From Polymyxa betae A26-41 (taxonomy: Eukaryota; Protista; Endomyxa: Phytomyxea): a stretch of 64,000 nt of DNA. Below, piece by piece: positions 37,641-51,790 of the stretch. How positions within the stretch are numbered: position 1 is the first letter of the stretch; every line of letters begins with the position of its first letter. Where the stretch lies: positions 1 through 64,000 of the forward strand of contig RBZT01000338.1 in NCBI GenBank assembly GCA_003693705.1, read 5' to 3'. The position numbers were made by a program, and so were the translations under genes. The notes under the pieces are model-generated. The model was not told the DNA's origin. It did not search any database and worked only from the letters and a program-made list of their open reading frames with translations.

Positions 37641-40233
37641 TAGCACAAGGCCTGATGTATGAACGCCGGCTTATCACCTTGCAGGTTCTCAGGATGTCTA
37701 CTTCAGATATCACAACTGGCAGTAATTCACCCATCTATGAGAGCAGAATTCATGCACGGCCCATTCCGTAGGATTTTGGAGAATCATGAGAAGGTAGAAC
37801 AAGCACCCGTCCAGTCCAACAAGGGACTCGAACCCTGTATCCTTTCCTTTTATTCAAATGAGATACACTCAATGAGACCGCAGCACTCCTTCAAATTATC
37901 GAATTTAGTTTCAGAGTCACCATCAATAAATGATGGATATCAAATCGGCCTGAAGGGTCTTGTAGACTTTCCAGTGCAGGATCTCAAATCGAACTGAATC
38001 CTCCAAAGCCTTAAGCCTAACTGATCCCCTCCAATTCGAAATTAGTGAATATATATAAAAATAACTATTAGGCCACAATGACAGGAGCTAAGCCTGTGCT
38101 TGCCCTCTTTTTCAGCAAGATTTGGCTCCATGCAGAGAACCGAGTTTCAACAACGTGAAGCAAACATCCCTCTTCCGATCCATTGAAACATGGAAATTTT
38201 TCGACCCGACTAACACCAATAGTTCTGTAGAAATCAGTCACCTTGGTTTGTTTATTGAAGAAATATTTGCTTGAGCTCGAACAAAACAGCTCTCGTTGAT
38301 ATCATATAAAATGGGAGCTTCCATAGCAAATTAGTGATTCCTGTAAAGGAAGTTGGCATGCTGGCGAGATTCAGATGTTTACTAAGGGCCGTATAGCTCG
38401 GTATACACAGTAGTATATGAAGGCCTGCTGTGAAGTGGCTTTGCTGACGAGATGTTTATACCAAGCGTTTGGGAATCCAGCTGTAAGACGTTGACATTGT
38501 TTCTACAGTCATAACCACCAAAATACAACTTCAATATATCAGAAATGATCAGAAGGCTTTATTTCGGCTCTTCTACAGATTGCTTGAAGCTAGATTGCGC
38601 TTGTACAGCTTCAAAGCTTCGCATGATTCGTCTTTAGTTCGAAATCCTTTGCAGCTGGACCCAGGTACGCCACAGGTCAGAGCATAGCATTGCGCCCACG
38701 TCGAACAGACCGCTGATCGCTCACCATCCAGAACGACATAAAATTGTTTATACTTATTCGGCTATCATTAACAGTAACACGGCCTACCTTGGGCTTGGAG
38801 CGTCCCATGGAGCTATAATGGAAATATGGATGGAATCTCCCAACCAGATGATGTCACCAATACAGAGAACCTATTGATGACGCTGTCAGCTGGTGATTGC
38901 CATAATCTAACAACATTACCCTGAAGCAAAAGCCTCGTCAACGGTTGTATGGTCGGGTTGTATCTCGCAAAGGGATACCGACATTTTTTGATGTTACACT
39001 GGGGAAAGGGTTTCTGTCGGTCGACGGAATCGCAGCCTTCCATTCGTCGAAAAAACAGAATACTGAGAATAGTGCGTACCCGTCGGAATCTCCTCTTGGT
39101 GAGTATCTTGCCAGTTCCGCAATAAGAGGAGAGATTCCGATAGCTGTCACCCCGTAAGCCTCAAGACAATTCACTGCGTATTGAGATAGATCCATAAAAA
39201 CGCCGTTTATCAGCTATTTGTGCAGGCTGCGCTGCCAACTGCGAGTGGCAGAATTTACGTGACGCTTTCTTATTGCAGGGGGTCGTGTGACGTCTTTCTG
39301 ACCCTCACGTATTATTGATGTCCCTGCTTGTAATGTCTGGAACGTCTATGGCGCCTATGATTATAGTCCAAAATTGGAGGATGATACGAGCAGCCTTGGG
39401 ATTGTGGTAGAGGAGACACATGAAGCTGATGATGTCACTGTTCCTCTACTGGACCATAATCGAACTCACGTAAATGATGTCAACCGATTACTTTCAACAA
39501 GCTGAAAACTTCTTCAATTGCCATAGGATGGAACCCGATTGTCTGTGACGCCAAAGCGTCGGAGCTTCCCTCGATTGTTCTAAATCAAGCTTCGTAACGT
39601 AACTTCGTCTCGTGATGCATTAACTGATTAACACATCGCCTTAACCTTGAGAATTGACAATAAGCGATTCCTTTTGAACAATCGATTCGTCAGGTAAGAG
39701 CTGTCTCTGGTGAGAATCACGACATCCTTAATTGTGTAATCCAGGTTCAGCTCGCTCTTCGGACATTTTGTTCTTTAACCTGCTGATGCAACTGAATCTA
39801 CGATCGAAAATAATTTTCATGACCTCATGTTCTTTGCTTTCGATCTTTTGGTGAAACGATCAGCTCGTATGGTGCTGGAGGGTCTTTTTGCTCATAACAA
39901 TGGAATCACAGATAGACGCTATGACGATGGTTCGGGCTTCTCCACATCGATAGTATTGAGCCTAGACGAGATCCCGACTACTACGCACAATTTTGTCCGT
40001 TGACGGATGAAAGGCTGCGCATCCTTCGACAGTCAGAAAGACAAAAACTGACACACTGTGCCGCATCGTGCCGCATCATCTGTTATACGACGCCATGGTT
40101 GCCATAAGTCAGGCAACCTCGCGCGTTGGAGGTATCGCCACGGATTGCGAGAGAGGCCGCTTCCTTCACGCAGCGGAACTGAACCTCTCTCTGTTACTCC
40201 CGGCCATCTCCTCCCTGCGATCTTCGTCTAGCC

Positions 40234-40986
40234 ATGACGACCTTGCACTATCTCTTCCTAATCGCGTCCCTGGCTGCCGTTGATCTGGCAAGGGCGCCGT
40301 CCTGCTGCCCTTCTCAACCCGCTCCGCCGCCAGTCGTGGCCAACGAGTCACCTGTTCGGAGTCCGACGCCGGTCTCCGTTCGACCGAGGCTGCCGCGGCC
40401 GTCACGCCGTCGCTTACCGCGAGCCGACCAGCGCGAACTGCTCCGAACGGTGGCTGCTCAGAGCCTGCGCCGTTACAAGTCGCAGCTCCAAACCCGCTAT
40501 CTGCAGATCGCAGATGACGGCGCCGCTCTGGTCCGACGTTTGGCCCTGGCTCGGGCCTGCTGCAGCATGTCCGGCATTGATGGCTTCGATTCCCGCCGCA
40601 TCACCGAAGCGCAGGCACGAATGCTGGTCCTGGTGGCGTTGAAACGCGGTTGCCGTCTCACGGGCCAGTACGCCTGCGGCGGCGGCTGCGACGATCAGCG
40701 CCCGCGCCGATTATTCGAGCCGCGTCGCCCGATGCTGTCGGATCTGTTGATGCGAGCCGAAAAGATCCGGATCGATATCCACGATCTGTTGCAGAAGGTA
40801 ATACTCAATCAGCTGACTCTGTCGGATGCGTCGTACACGGCCTTGGAGGAGCTCCAGTTTAAGATCGATATGGCCTTAGTCCTGAATCTGGAAGCGACCA
40901 ACCTAGAAACTGCCGTCGGTGTATTTGAGCTATTCGACCTCAAGAACGCTCTTAGAAGTCTACCTGCCTTAAAGCTACGACCATGA
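40234..40986 (+). CDS. Putative secreted protein, single exon, Pro/Arg-rich N-region and Cys clusters
   Basis: 250-aa GC-rich ORF with signal peptide MTTLHYLFLIASLAAVDLA, Arg-rich RPRLPRPSRRRLPR and CGGGC motif. Confidence 0.7.
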   Translation: MTTLHYLFLIASLAAVDLARAPSCCPSQPAPPPVVANESPVRSPTPVSVRPRLPRPSRRRLPRADQRELLRTVAAQSLRRYKSQLQTRYLQIADDGAALVRRLALARACCSMSGIDGFDSRRITEAQARMLVLVALKRGCRLTGQYACGGGCDDQRPRRLFEPRRPMLSDLLMRAEKIRIDIHDLLQKVILNQLTLSDASYTALEELQFKIDMALVLNLEATNLETAVGVFELFDLKNALRSLPALKLRP

Positions 40987-41375
40987 TCTCTCTATGCAAC
41001 GCTTGTTTATTTCCTAAAACTAAATTTGTTTGCCTTGTTATGTTATTTACGTAAACTTTGCTAATGATTCGTTCCGCTGCTACATGTTCATTCTTCAAGA
41101 TTTCTCTACGAAGCAACCCAGAATTCTGCATTGTATTGGCTAGATTTTGCATGAGCTGTCCAAAATTGGAACGAAATCACTGATCATTTTCTAATGCTCA
41201 GATGCATTTACTCTAGCCATGGATATTGGGTACAGCAATCGATTCCACAAATTTCGCCAGCTTCTGGTAAATTGTTTAGCGATCAATGTAAAAGCCAACC
41301 AGAATCGAACGTTTCAAGTACGCAAAGCAAAAAATTCTCGGGATGATTGATTCAGAAATGGTCAGTAAAAAGAAA

Positions 41376-41448
41376 TGTCCGAAGCCAGGATTGAACTGGC
41401 GACCTCGCGTGTGTGAGACGCGTGTGATAACCACTACACCATCCGGAC
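41376..41448 (-). tRNA. tRNA-Val(CAC)
   Basis: Reverse complement GTCCGGATGGTGTAGTGGTTATCACACGCGT-CTCACAC-ACGCGAGGTCGCCAGTTCAATCCTGGCTTCGGACA, followed by T-runs. Confidence 0.96.
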
Positions 41449-41878
41449 ATTTTGTTGGGTTTTGCAGTGTTCTTGGCTCCTACGTTAAGGTGTCTCGTGT
41501 CTGTATTCCTCTGTATTGGTCTTCACTGTCCGGCTTTGATTCAGAAGCGCGTGAGCTTGAGCGAGCGCGGGAGGCCGAGCGCGCACTTTCAGACTCACTC
41601 TCTTCTGAGCTCGCCATAATTTATCCCCTAGACATGATAGCTATCTCCACGACTTGCGGTAGCTCAAACCGGGAAAACAAACCCTACAATAATATCTGCT
41701 AACGAGCTGGAAGACCCTCTTAAATCGGATTCAGGCCTTGCTTATTTATTATTTTTGAATTAATAATCGTGATTCTATTCCAATCTCCAATCACGGTACA
41801 TTCTTATCAAACACTGTATTTAAAGATATGTTTTTTTATAATCTGTTACTATTGAATTTATTTATGAATGAAAACGTG

Positions 41879-41903
41879 NNNNNNNNNNNNNNNNNNNNNN
41901 NNN
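41879..41903. other. Assembly gap (25 N)
   Basis: Run of n characters. Confidence 1.
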
Positions 41904-42232
41904 AGCTAAAGATGCGCTTCAAAACTAAAATCAATGTACAGTATTTACATCCTCATGCTTAAGATAAAAATAGAATTTTGGGATCAACACTTATAGTTGC
42001 TTAAACAACTGCTTCACAAATTTACTTCTCAACCAACAAAATCCGCAGAGAGGTCTCACCTCACTCCAAGAGATCAAAACAAGTGAATCGTAACCTGCTG
42101 CCGTGCAACCGTAATTGATGTCAAATTAGTCGTGAAGCCATATTCATCAGATGAATTCAGTCAAAGCAAAAAAAAACATGGCAGTCAAAGCCGAAGAACC
42201 AGATCAGTGTATTGCCAGTGGAAATAGAATTA

Positions 42233-45200
42233 TTAAGCAGCAGGCTGAGTCTTGCTCTTTTGAATTTGCACGGTTGAGACACCATCCACAAATTTAGTCC
42301 TCAAGATGGTGTTAGCGTTATCTGAGGATAATCAGCGATTGGCTCTCAAGAATTCCGAGACGGAACGAACGAAAACCAAAAAATACGTACTGAACATTCC
42401 CTCCTTAAGAGAAACAACGATGAACTGCGATTGCGAAAATTTGTTCTTGATGATGTTCCCGATGTTTTGAGTATGTGACAGGTCAAGAGCAGCATCCACT
42501 ATAGCAATCATTCATAATCGCAATTGACGCAATCAGTAAACCAGAGTCGTATTGCTAAAGACATGAAACAAAAACAACTCGGGAAACTTTCAATAATGAA
42601 GTTCCCAGTAGGCAAAACACAAAGGGTCGAATAAATAACCGGTAGCTTCCGATAGTGCTAGGAAAACTACCAACAGGCGAAAGATCATAGAAATTGACAA
42701 AGACGCGATTGTACCTTCATCAAGAATGTACATTGGAGCGGGCTTATACAGTAGCAGGGCCAGGATCAAAGAGAGAGCTAATAGTGAGCGTTGACCGCCC
42801 GATAATTCAGTCAGGCTCTCCTTCCAGATGCCACCAAAAGACACGCGAACCTAAAAAAAGTCAAACATTGGTCGCTTCAAACGAAAATGAACAAGGCAAG
42901 ATAGACTTTGCAAGGCACCCACCTCAAGACCATCGAGGACGGTACCGCCCAAAGGCGGTTGGAGTTTGGCGAAGGCTCCAGGCAATAGAGTGGAAAAAAT
43001 CTGGCCGAAGTCGGTGTTAACCTATGAAAAAGTATTAGGTGAATGCAATGACATAATAGAATTTCGTCATGGAGCAATCAATTTTACTGATAAAACCAGA
43101 AGCGAAGGCAAGCAAAAAGTGAAAAGCAAATGAAAAACATTTGTCGGTTGTACCTTTTCCCAGATGCTTTGAAGAAGTTCATTTTTGTTACGATCCAAAT
43201 CCTGTATGACACGCTCGATTTTAGCCTTGTCATTTTCGACAATTGCACGCCGATCGAGCAGGGCCTGGTACCGGGCCTCTGCCGTGTTCATCAATGCCAT
43301 GACCTAAACAAAACCGCAATCATAAACACGATTACATAGGAATCCCGATCGTGGAGAACCCGAATAAAAGTATAGAAACAAAATTGCAGCTTTGAAAGTG
43401 AAATTACTGTATGGAAGGCAACAAGGTAAGCATACTTTACGGTTGATTTTCTTGCTCATGGCGTCCTGCTCTTTACGCATTTGGGCCAGAGTGGTAGCAT
43501 CTTGGTCAGAAGCATGTGCAGCGAAGTCGTACTGCGTCCCGGGCCGACCGAAAAGATGTTTATCGTTCTCGATCCAAGGGTTCGATTCTGAAAATCGCGA
43601 ATATCAAAAATAAGCCTGACAAGCGCAACTTAGATGTTAAGAATACCTAGGCATTGTTGCATACGAAGACGGTTAGCATCCTAACAGGACGTTACTCCAT
43701 GCATTCAGAGAAAATCCAAAAACAACTAGCCTGGTCTTTTTCGAAACGAGCCAGTTTGTGTTGGATGGTCTTAAGACCAAGATCGATATCAGTGAGCTGA
43801 GAGGTAAGGATGTCTCGACGCTTAGCTAAGCTCCTGGCTGCCTCGTCAGATTCAAGCACCTGCATTCTGTTAGCCAGCATACATGATACAATGAAATGCG
43901 TGTACAAGGAGAAATCAAAATCAAAAACATGACGAACAAGAGAAAAATGTGTACCTTTTGTTGTTCATTTTCAAGCTCCTTTTGCAGGGAGTCGTGGCGC
44001 TCTTTGGCATGAACCAGTTTCTGCTCGTATTGACGAACCTACGACATGTCAATCAGGCGTAAGCAGCAAGTAAAGCAATTAAACGACATTTCGCTTGAGC
44101 TCTTCAATTTGAGAGTTTACAGAGGCCTGAGTCTCAAGAAGGGAATCGATTTCCTTTGTAGCTCCAGTGATCTCAAGATCCGAACGAAGACACTATTGAG
44201 GGCAATCAGTGAATGTAGAGAGTTCAAAATAACACAATCCGTAAACGAGAGAGGAAAAACGAGTTTAGAAGACAAAAGAAATCTCGAGCCAAGCGAAAAT
44301 AAAAGAAACATCAGTAGGAGAAGCACAGAAAGTTGGTTTGCGCGAGAATTTTGGAGAAAGATCATATAAAAACCTCTTGATGAAGCTTGGACAGTTTGAC
44401 GCCGATTGATTGAAGCTGAGCATTGATCGATTCAATTTCCTTTTCTTGATGCGCGCGCCCTTTGCCTTTGCCAGAATCAGCTTGATCGATTTGATTTTTT
44501 AGCGCAGCAATCTATGTCAGAAACCCCATCAGAACAAGTTACAGCAAGGACGGCACAATGAAACAACGAAAAAACCCATCAAGATTGATTGCGAATTAAA
44601 TACTGACAATTGAGCAAATTAGATGGAAATTACCTCATTTCAGACGAAGGAAAATATGACTCAACGACGAAATATAAAAGAAGCAAATGGCAGAGGATAA
44701 CAGTCCGCGAATATTGAACAAATGCAACGTTTGAGTAACCTTTTCAGAATACGATCTTGCGTCAGCTTCGGCAGATGAGACATTGCGTTCGGATACACGA
44801 ATCTCTTCGTCCAAAGCGTCAATTTGAACTTGAAGTGAATGCGATTCCTAAAAAAGACACGATGAATCAACATAAGATTTTGGTAACAAAAAAAAGAGAC
44901 AGTTGTTTCTAAAGTGCACCCAGGACAAGTAGAAGATAGTTCAAGAAAGAAAGTGAGCAGCAAAACGGACCGACAAAGGATTACTTCAAATATTTCAAAA
45001 CGAGACGAAAGCAACTAAAATAGAAATTCCTCACAGAATGCTCAATACGTTGGGTGAGGAGCTCAACCCGCTGATGATCAGCTTCAATAGCTTCCATCAA
45101 ATTCCGTGCACCATCACATTTCTGCTTCAGAAGAGCGCGAGCTTCACGAATCTGGTCTGCCATCTGTTCGGCTTCAAGAAGCTGTCCTTGAGATTCATAT

Positions 45201-48200
45201 AGACGTTGCAGTAATATCAATGCAGGCTGCTGTTGAGATCGTGACCCACCACTTAAAGTTCCCTGAACCAGGAATCAGCATACAAGTTCCGAGATGCAAA
45301 CGAAAACAGTGCAATTAGCGAAAACATTTACCTACTTTTGGGTCGAACAGATCGCCCTGGAAAGTGACACAGCGACGCTGTATGTGTTTGTCGAAAGTGA
45401 CGACTTTGGCCGTTTCAGGATCCCGACAAACAAATGTTTGCCCGAAAACATAGCGGATGGCGGCAGAAACCTAAAGCAAAATGGAGTCAGTGAAACCATA
45501 GAAACTTAGAAAACGGCAACAGAAGCAATGCAAAAGTTGAAGAATTTGTAGCCAAGTAGAAACACGCGATTCGACAATTTGCCGCATCAAGCGGCTCTAA
45601 CAATGCAACAAAGAGAAAAGTTTCATGATCCAAAATAGAGGACCAGCCCAAACAAATTATATGACATGATGAAGAATCGAGAATGAAAAATATAAAGAGA
45701 CGAAGAACGAAACGCAAACAATCCCTACCTCATCATCATAGCAAATAAGAGAGGTGGCTGGGAATACATTATCGTCCCCAACAAGATCAACAGCGCGTCG
45801 GATAGCGTTATCAGGCATATCTTGACCAGTGATCTTGTTTAGTGGGATAAATGTGACACGAGATTTCAGCCTTCCATTCTTTAGAAGAGCGGCACCGGTT
45901 ATATGCGTGTCCACAATAACATTGTAGAGACGACCTCCGGCTGTCACCTGGAAACCATATTAAGACTTGTTTCGACAGCACTTTTAGCAGCTCTCATAGC
46001 AAAGACAGACAGAAAACGCACTCAAATATGGATGAAGCATAATAACAATTAAAAAGAAAACACCCAGAGTTTTACCTCTAAAGCTACGGCGGAGTCAATG
46101 TTTCTGAGTTGAATGCGTTTTGCAACGCGCCCTTTAACGCTTGCAGGATCGAAGCGTTGACTGGGAGAGCTGTAATCAAATTCGAATCGGGCAGTCTGAT
46201 CAAGCACTGTTTCTATTTATACGAAATTATTGATTTAAAGAACTTACCTGAGAACGTAAACGGGCGACATTTTCACGAAGACGAACAACATCGTTATCCT
46301 TCGCGGTTATCTGAGCGTCAAGATCACGAAGTTGAGCAGACAATCTGAAAGCGCATGATTGGAATTGGAATACAATATCGTGGCCACGACAACAGTTTGA
46401 GTATCGCATTGAATTATTTGAGAGCAACAAAACCGAAACGTGGCTAAGCATATTGAGTCTACCACAGATGGTTTCAAATCGACGAAAAGTTCTTCGAATA
46501 GAAAGTGAAATGCAATGGAATTAAATGAACGTTACGTCTCAGGTTCAAGTCCATCAAGCTGACTCTGTTGAGAATCGATGCGTGAGCGCAGAGCCTCACG
46601 TTCTTGCACCAGACTGTGATACGCTGGCGCACAGCGCTGCAACGAGTCGGCATGTTCTGAGAGGCCGAGATTTAAAAATCGCAAAAATGGGAATCGATAA
46701 ACCACCAACCAGTTCTAGTTTTACGCAAATGGGCGAGCTTTGAAGCCGATTGTTTCTGAAGAGCAGTGCATTCAGCATTGCGTTTGTCAGCGTCCATCAG
46801 CTGAGCGGTTAAAGACCCAGCGCCATCTTCGGTCATAACAATGCCGATTGCCTCGCCTGTACGAAAACATATCAGAATATGAACACGGATGCAAAACAGC
46901 AAATCAACAATGTTAGTAGACGAAGGCAAAAAAAGGAATAACCACAGATCGAAATTTTGAGAACCTATAGAATGCATAAATGATAGAAAAATCCTGAGGC
47001 GTCACAAAATCTTGATAAAAATTTCAGTTTGCAAAAGTAACATGAATTTTTGCCGACCTTCGATAGCGTTGATACGATTCTGGAGGCTCTTCTTCTGCTT
47101 CTCCAACTCATCCCGAGCTTGAACCCGATCAGCATGTGCGCGAGTCTTGGTCTCAAGTTCAGACTGAGCCTCCTTCAGAGTCTTCGACATATGAGCCTGA
47201 TTAAGTTCTTCTTCGGCCAGTGACTTCTTCACATTGCTAAGGGTCGCATCGTGCTGCACGACCTTTTTTGCAGCTGTCGTAACTGATTCCTGGGCGAAAT
47301 TAACTTCGAGGTCGGAAGCATTCATAACAAAATATTACAGGTTTCTGGCAAACCAAACAAAGGGATGCAAAGATAGTGATCGAAACGTCGAGCACATAAA
47401 AGAGCAGACCACTAGAAACCGGAAAACCATGTCGGAGCAAAGGACAATCATAAACCCAAAATTGTACAGACGATGAGCCGAAATAACTTCAGACCGGAAA
47501 AAAATAAAAGAACTGCCTTCCTCACTTGTAAATCTTCGATGAGTTGTTTCGATTCTCGCGATATCAAGCGATCTGCACGCCCAATCTCCTCATTGATACC
47601 GTGGATTTGTTGAATAAGGTTCTCCTTCTGGTCTTGCAGCGAATTCAATGATTTCTGCATCGCAATGCTTCATTATTATAGGAAAGGATCAACGGACAGC
47701 TTATTCTTACAGTGAGATCGTCTTTGACGCTGTTGGAATCACAAAGTGCCCGTTCAGTCTGGAAGTACCGAAATGCAATAGTCCGACGTTCCAACCGTTG
47801 AATTTCTGTCATATTTGCGGACCTGTAACGGAAACATTCAGTATTGATGGTAACAAAGGGAAGAGCGCAATACCATTTCATGAACAAAGTGCATTCATGA
47901 CGAAGCTTAACCAGTTGAGGAGTGATTTCCTCCTTAAGGATTGTGTTGATCTCCGCAACCTGCATAAGAAAATGAGGCGAGAAAAAAAATTGCAAAAAAA
48001 TTTGGATCCTCAGTACAGAACGATATTCAGCCAGAGTCAATAGTTAAGACAAAATCAGAACCCAATTTAAAAAAGCCACCTTAAGGTCCTTCTTAGCGAT
48101 TGTGTTACAGGCAGCGATCTTCTTGGCCTCAAACATCTTTGTCCCTGCAGCTTCTTCGATCAAACCGAGGATTTCGATAGGCTTCATGTTGAGCACTTTG

Positions 48201-49333
48201 GTGATGCGGCCTTGCATAACAAGGAATGTTGGGTTTCTGTAGAAAATATCGAATTTAGCATTGAAGAGCATCAACAATCAAGCAAGTTCAAAGGCAAATG
48301 ACGAAAATATTGGCAAAAGAAGTTACAGCACAGGGGGATCACCACAAACGAAATGGACAGAAAAACACATGAGTACAAAAAATGAATCTGTAAATACGTA
48401 CTGAATATTAAGCTGAACCGATTGAAAGAGATTTTGAATTCGGTTGAGTTGGGCAGTATGACCATTGATAAGGTACTTGTTCTTGCCATTTACAACAACC
48501 TGGGAAAACAAGTCAGAAATAAGGATATTATCAACTAGACGGACAGAATCAAAAAAGAACACTCCACTTGGGCAAAGACAAAAGCGCAAAATTCGATCAT
48601 GCTTGAAGCGAGAGATTGTCAAAAGGATGAACTTCGCAAAAGCTCTCAGATACAAAATGGGTTCAAAATAGGGTTTGATCGCAACCTGTCGGGTGATGGA
48701 GAGCTTCCCACATTCTTCATAACCGATGGGACTTGATGCCCGATCGCTATTATCGAAGACAATAGTGACACTAGCCTTGGTAATACCTGCCTGGCCCTGC
48801 TTGTATACTAATTCGCGGAGACTACTGGCACGAACATTGCTCAGCTGACTGATACCCAGAACAAAGCAAATGGCATCCAAAATATTAGACTGAAAGAAAG
48901 GATTAGATATAGTCATTAATGAATATGTTGATATAAACAATCTGTATACAAAGCGAAGCCTTGGAACAGAAGCACAACGAGCTCTCATAAAAACAATGCT
49001 TGGAAAGTGCTTGAAAGCATCAAATGTAAAACAGTTTCGGAAAATTAAAAAAGTATCGCCAAAATGGATTTAGGTGAAGCTGAACAGAGAACAGACAAAT
49101 GATTCTATGTGGTAATTACGAACCTTTCCACTACCATTCTCTCCAGTAATAGCAGTGAAGCTCGGATCCCAGCCATTGATCACCGTTCGGGTTCCATAGG
49201 ATTTGAACCTGTACATTGACGTCAGTGAATGTATTGTAAACATCCATATACAGATTCAAGCCAATGCGTTGAAATCCAATTGCAAAAGCTCTGGTTATGC
49301 ATACCCGTCAATAATCAACTGGGTAATATGCAT
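42233..49333 (-). CDS. SMC2: Structural maintenance of chromosomes protein 2 (condensin), many short introns
   Basis: Spliced N-terminus [10 protein letters not shown]|[16 protein letters not shown]|[41 protein letters not shown]; [19 protein letters not shown]; hinge [21 protein letters not shown]; C-terminal [37 protein letters not shown] and FVDGVSTV. Confidence 0.97.
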
Positions 49334-50809
49334 ATGGGTTGTAAGCGTCCACAAGGACTCGACAAAATGACTGGGGGCCGAAGCCGAAGATCAAGACGAT
49401 GACGACGACGGCGACGTCTGGACCACTGAACAGCCCAGGCGATAATGGGCGTGATGTTGAAGAGATAGCCCGCACACAATCTTAGCGGAACCCGCCAGAA
49501 ACGATTGTGCGCCAGTCTCGCAAAAATGTTCTCGGGTGTTGTAAATTTCAAACTCGGAAGTCAGAATGAAGTCAATGAACAGGAGGCGTCCACTATTCAG
49601 CGGCATAGAGCTTGTCATGGTCAATTATCCCTTTTTGTCATTTATTGAGAATCCATGCAAGCGAACCAGAATTTGAACGCGAACTAGGTGGTAAAACAAA
49701 ACCTAGAATTAATCCCATTGACCAGCAAAGTAGTACATATTCTGAAATAAAAAATCTTCTAACCCACTCAGTTTTTGGAAAAATTCGATTTGGTAGTTGT
49801 ATCAGGTAGTTTACATGCGATCGACTCACCTTTCAGTTCCTTCATCGAATTGCCGAACGGAGTGCAGCAATAATATCGTCCTTCTTATCAATATATGATT
49901 ACAACTTTGCTCATTTCGCTTTGAGTACAGGATCTATTTTACGTCAGAGGATGTCACGACTAACGTCGACGTCGGTCAAAAACACAGAGACGGGAAGACA
50001 CCCAGCAAACGTCTGATCAAGGGCGGGTTCTGATCGCATATCATCGTTGCTGTTCAGGGATCCCCCACGCTTTGTTGAGTGTCAATCAGGAAATTAGGAG
50101 TCTACTGCAGTGGGCCGGCATGCTGGCCCTTCGCATGGAGTTGGCCCATGAAGTCGCCGGGACTTCGATCGTGATTCCATGGCTGAACGCGACAGTGGTT
50201 TGTGTGACAGTCGGACGATTGCTGGTGTCGCCGAGCATCGGCAGGGCCATGGTCGCTCCGATCGCGATCCTATCAGAATCACCATGTCGTAGAGCGTTTG
50301 ATGCCGATTCGGTCCGGGGCCGGATCGTGTTTTTTATGCGGACGTCAGACGTGATGATTCGATCGCACTCGACATCGTATTCTCTGAGGGAGTTAGCGCC
50401 ATTGTTCGTAAGCAGACGCGCTGTTACAGATCACCGTTTTACAATTCGTCGCAAATGTCGTCCCAAACTGTTATTTAAACATTTTCAAGGACGGTATTTA
50501 TTAGTACATAGTGGTGGTAAAATAGTCTTCGCAAGCTGGTTTTTCGGTATTTTCACCCAAAACAAAAGTGTCGAATAACAATCCGATTGGGACCATTCCA
50601 CTTTTGAGATGCGATTTATCAGCAGAGAAGGCTTGTAATTTGCCTGGTTCTGTCCAGAAAATTTGAACAGATGGAGAGACACATCAGCGTCCAATAATAC
50701 AGCCAGATTGACAGATAAATATTGTGGTGCGGGATTTATTAACGAATGGGGGATGGGCTCGCACCAGATAGGCCCAGAACCCCAGCTGTAGTCTATCACT
50801 AAGTCCCCA

Positions 50810-51790
50810 TCAGCCCAGCAACAGACTGAGAACATTTGCTTGCGCCTTTGACACGAACTTGTACAGCAGGGCGTGCTGGACCTCGGCCTGTGGGCCGGAC
50901 CCAACAAACTGCAGCATGTCGGTGACGCGCTGCACTTCCAGTATGACCTCGCGCGTGACCCAGCGCTCCCACATGCGACCGTACATATTCATCACAAAAG
51001 CGATGCGATGATCGCCCTCGACGGTAATCGGTTCGTTGGACAATTCGGCGGTCGGATCGAGTCCGGCGCCGTACTTGACCATCGTATGAAACAGCAAGAC
51101 CGGGTCGATCTCGCTGACGCAAACGAGATCAGCGAACACTTCGGCGGCCGCCTCCGGTTCCATGCTGAACACAGCCTGGACGAGATCGGCGGCAGGATGA
51201 TGCACGAGCATGTATCGCAGCACGCTACGCTTCAGCAACGGTAAACCATGAAGCTCAGCGTAATCGAGGCCGCGACGATAGTTGGTCGGGCTCCATTTCA
51301 CAGGGACGGCGGCAATAACGGCGTCGCACTGGTCCCGAATCCGCTCCGATTGCATGAACTGAGCGACGGCGGCGATGGCGAACGAGCTGTAATGGGAATG
51401 TGGAACCGGTTTCGCAGCCGCCACGATGCCGTACGCCATCTGTAGATACAGCTCGAAGATCGCCAGACGATCCGGGACTGTTTCCTTGACAAACGCGATC
51501 GGAACTTTGATATCCGGCAGAGTGATGTTCATAGACATGGGTTCACCACGAACGCGGCGCGGATACCGAAGGAATGCCCGAACAAGCTCGCTCTGATCCT
51601 GGACGACATCTCGATGGACGTGGAAGACGCGCCCGTCGACGTTCAAGGCCAGGTCCGAGGTCGACTCGTTGTTAAAGAGACGGCGCAGGGCGCGTAGAGC
51701 CACGTCATAATCGCAGGGGACCCGTGACGACGACGACTGGGATGGCGACGGTAGCGCCGGCGGCGGGATGGCGGGACCGTCGGCCGCCAT
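50810..51790 (-). CDS. BTB/POZ-domain protein, single exon
   Basis: LFNNESTSDLALNVDGRVFHVHRDVVQDQSELVRAFL BTB motif. Likely ATG at 51790 (MAADGP...). GC-rich coding bias. Confidence 0.88.
   Translation of the reverse strand: MAADGPAIPPPALPSPSQSSSSRVPCDYDVALRALRRLFNNESTSDLALNVDGRVFHVHRDVVQDQSELVRAFLRYPRRVRGEPMSMNITLPDIKVPIAFVKETVPDRLAIFELYLQMAYGIVAAAKPVPHSHYSSFAIAAVAQFMQSERIRDQCDAVIAAVPVKWSPTNYRRGLDYAELHGLPLLKRSVLRYMLVHHPAADLVQAVFSMEPEAAAEVFADLVCVSEIDPVLLFHTMVKYGAGLDPTAELSNEPITVEGDHRIAFVMNMYGRMWERWVTREVILEVQRVTDMLQFVGSGPQAEVQHALLYKFVSKAQANVLSLLLG

Noticed and set aside
38000-39700. Coding-like + strand fragments
   Set aside because: Multiple stops and frameshifts and no recognisable family.
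42590-48988. Many short ORF-track entries within 42-49 kb
   Set aside because: They are SMC2 exons read through into introns, or antisense noise, not separate genes.
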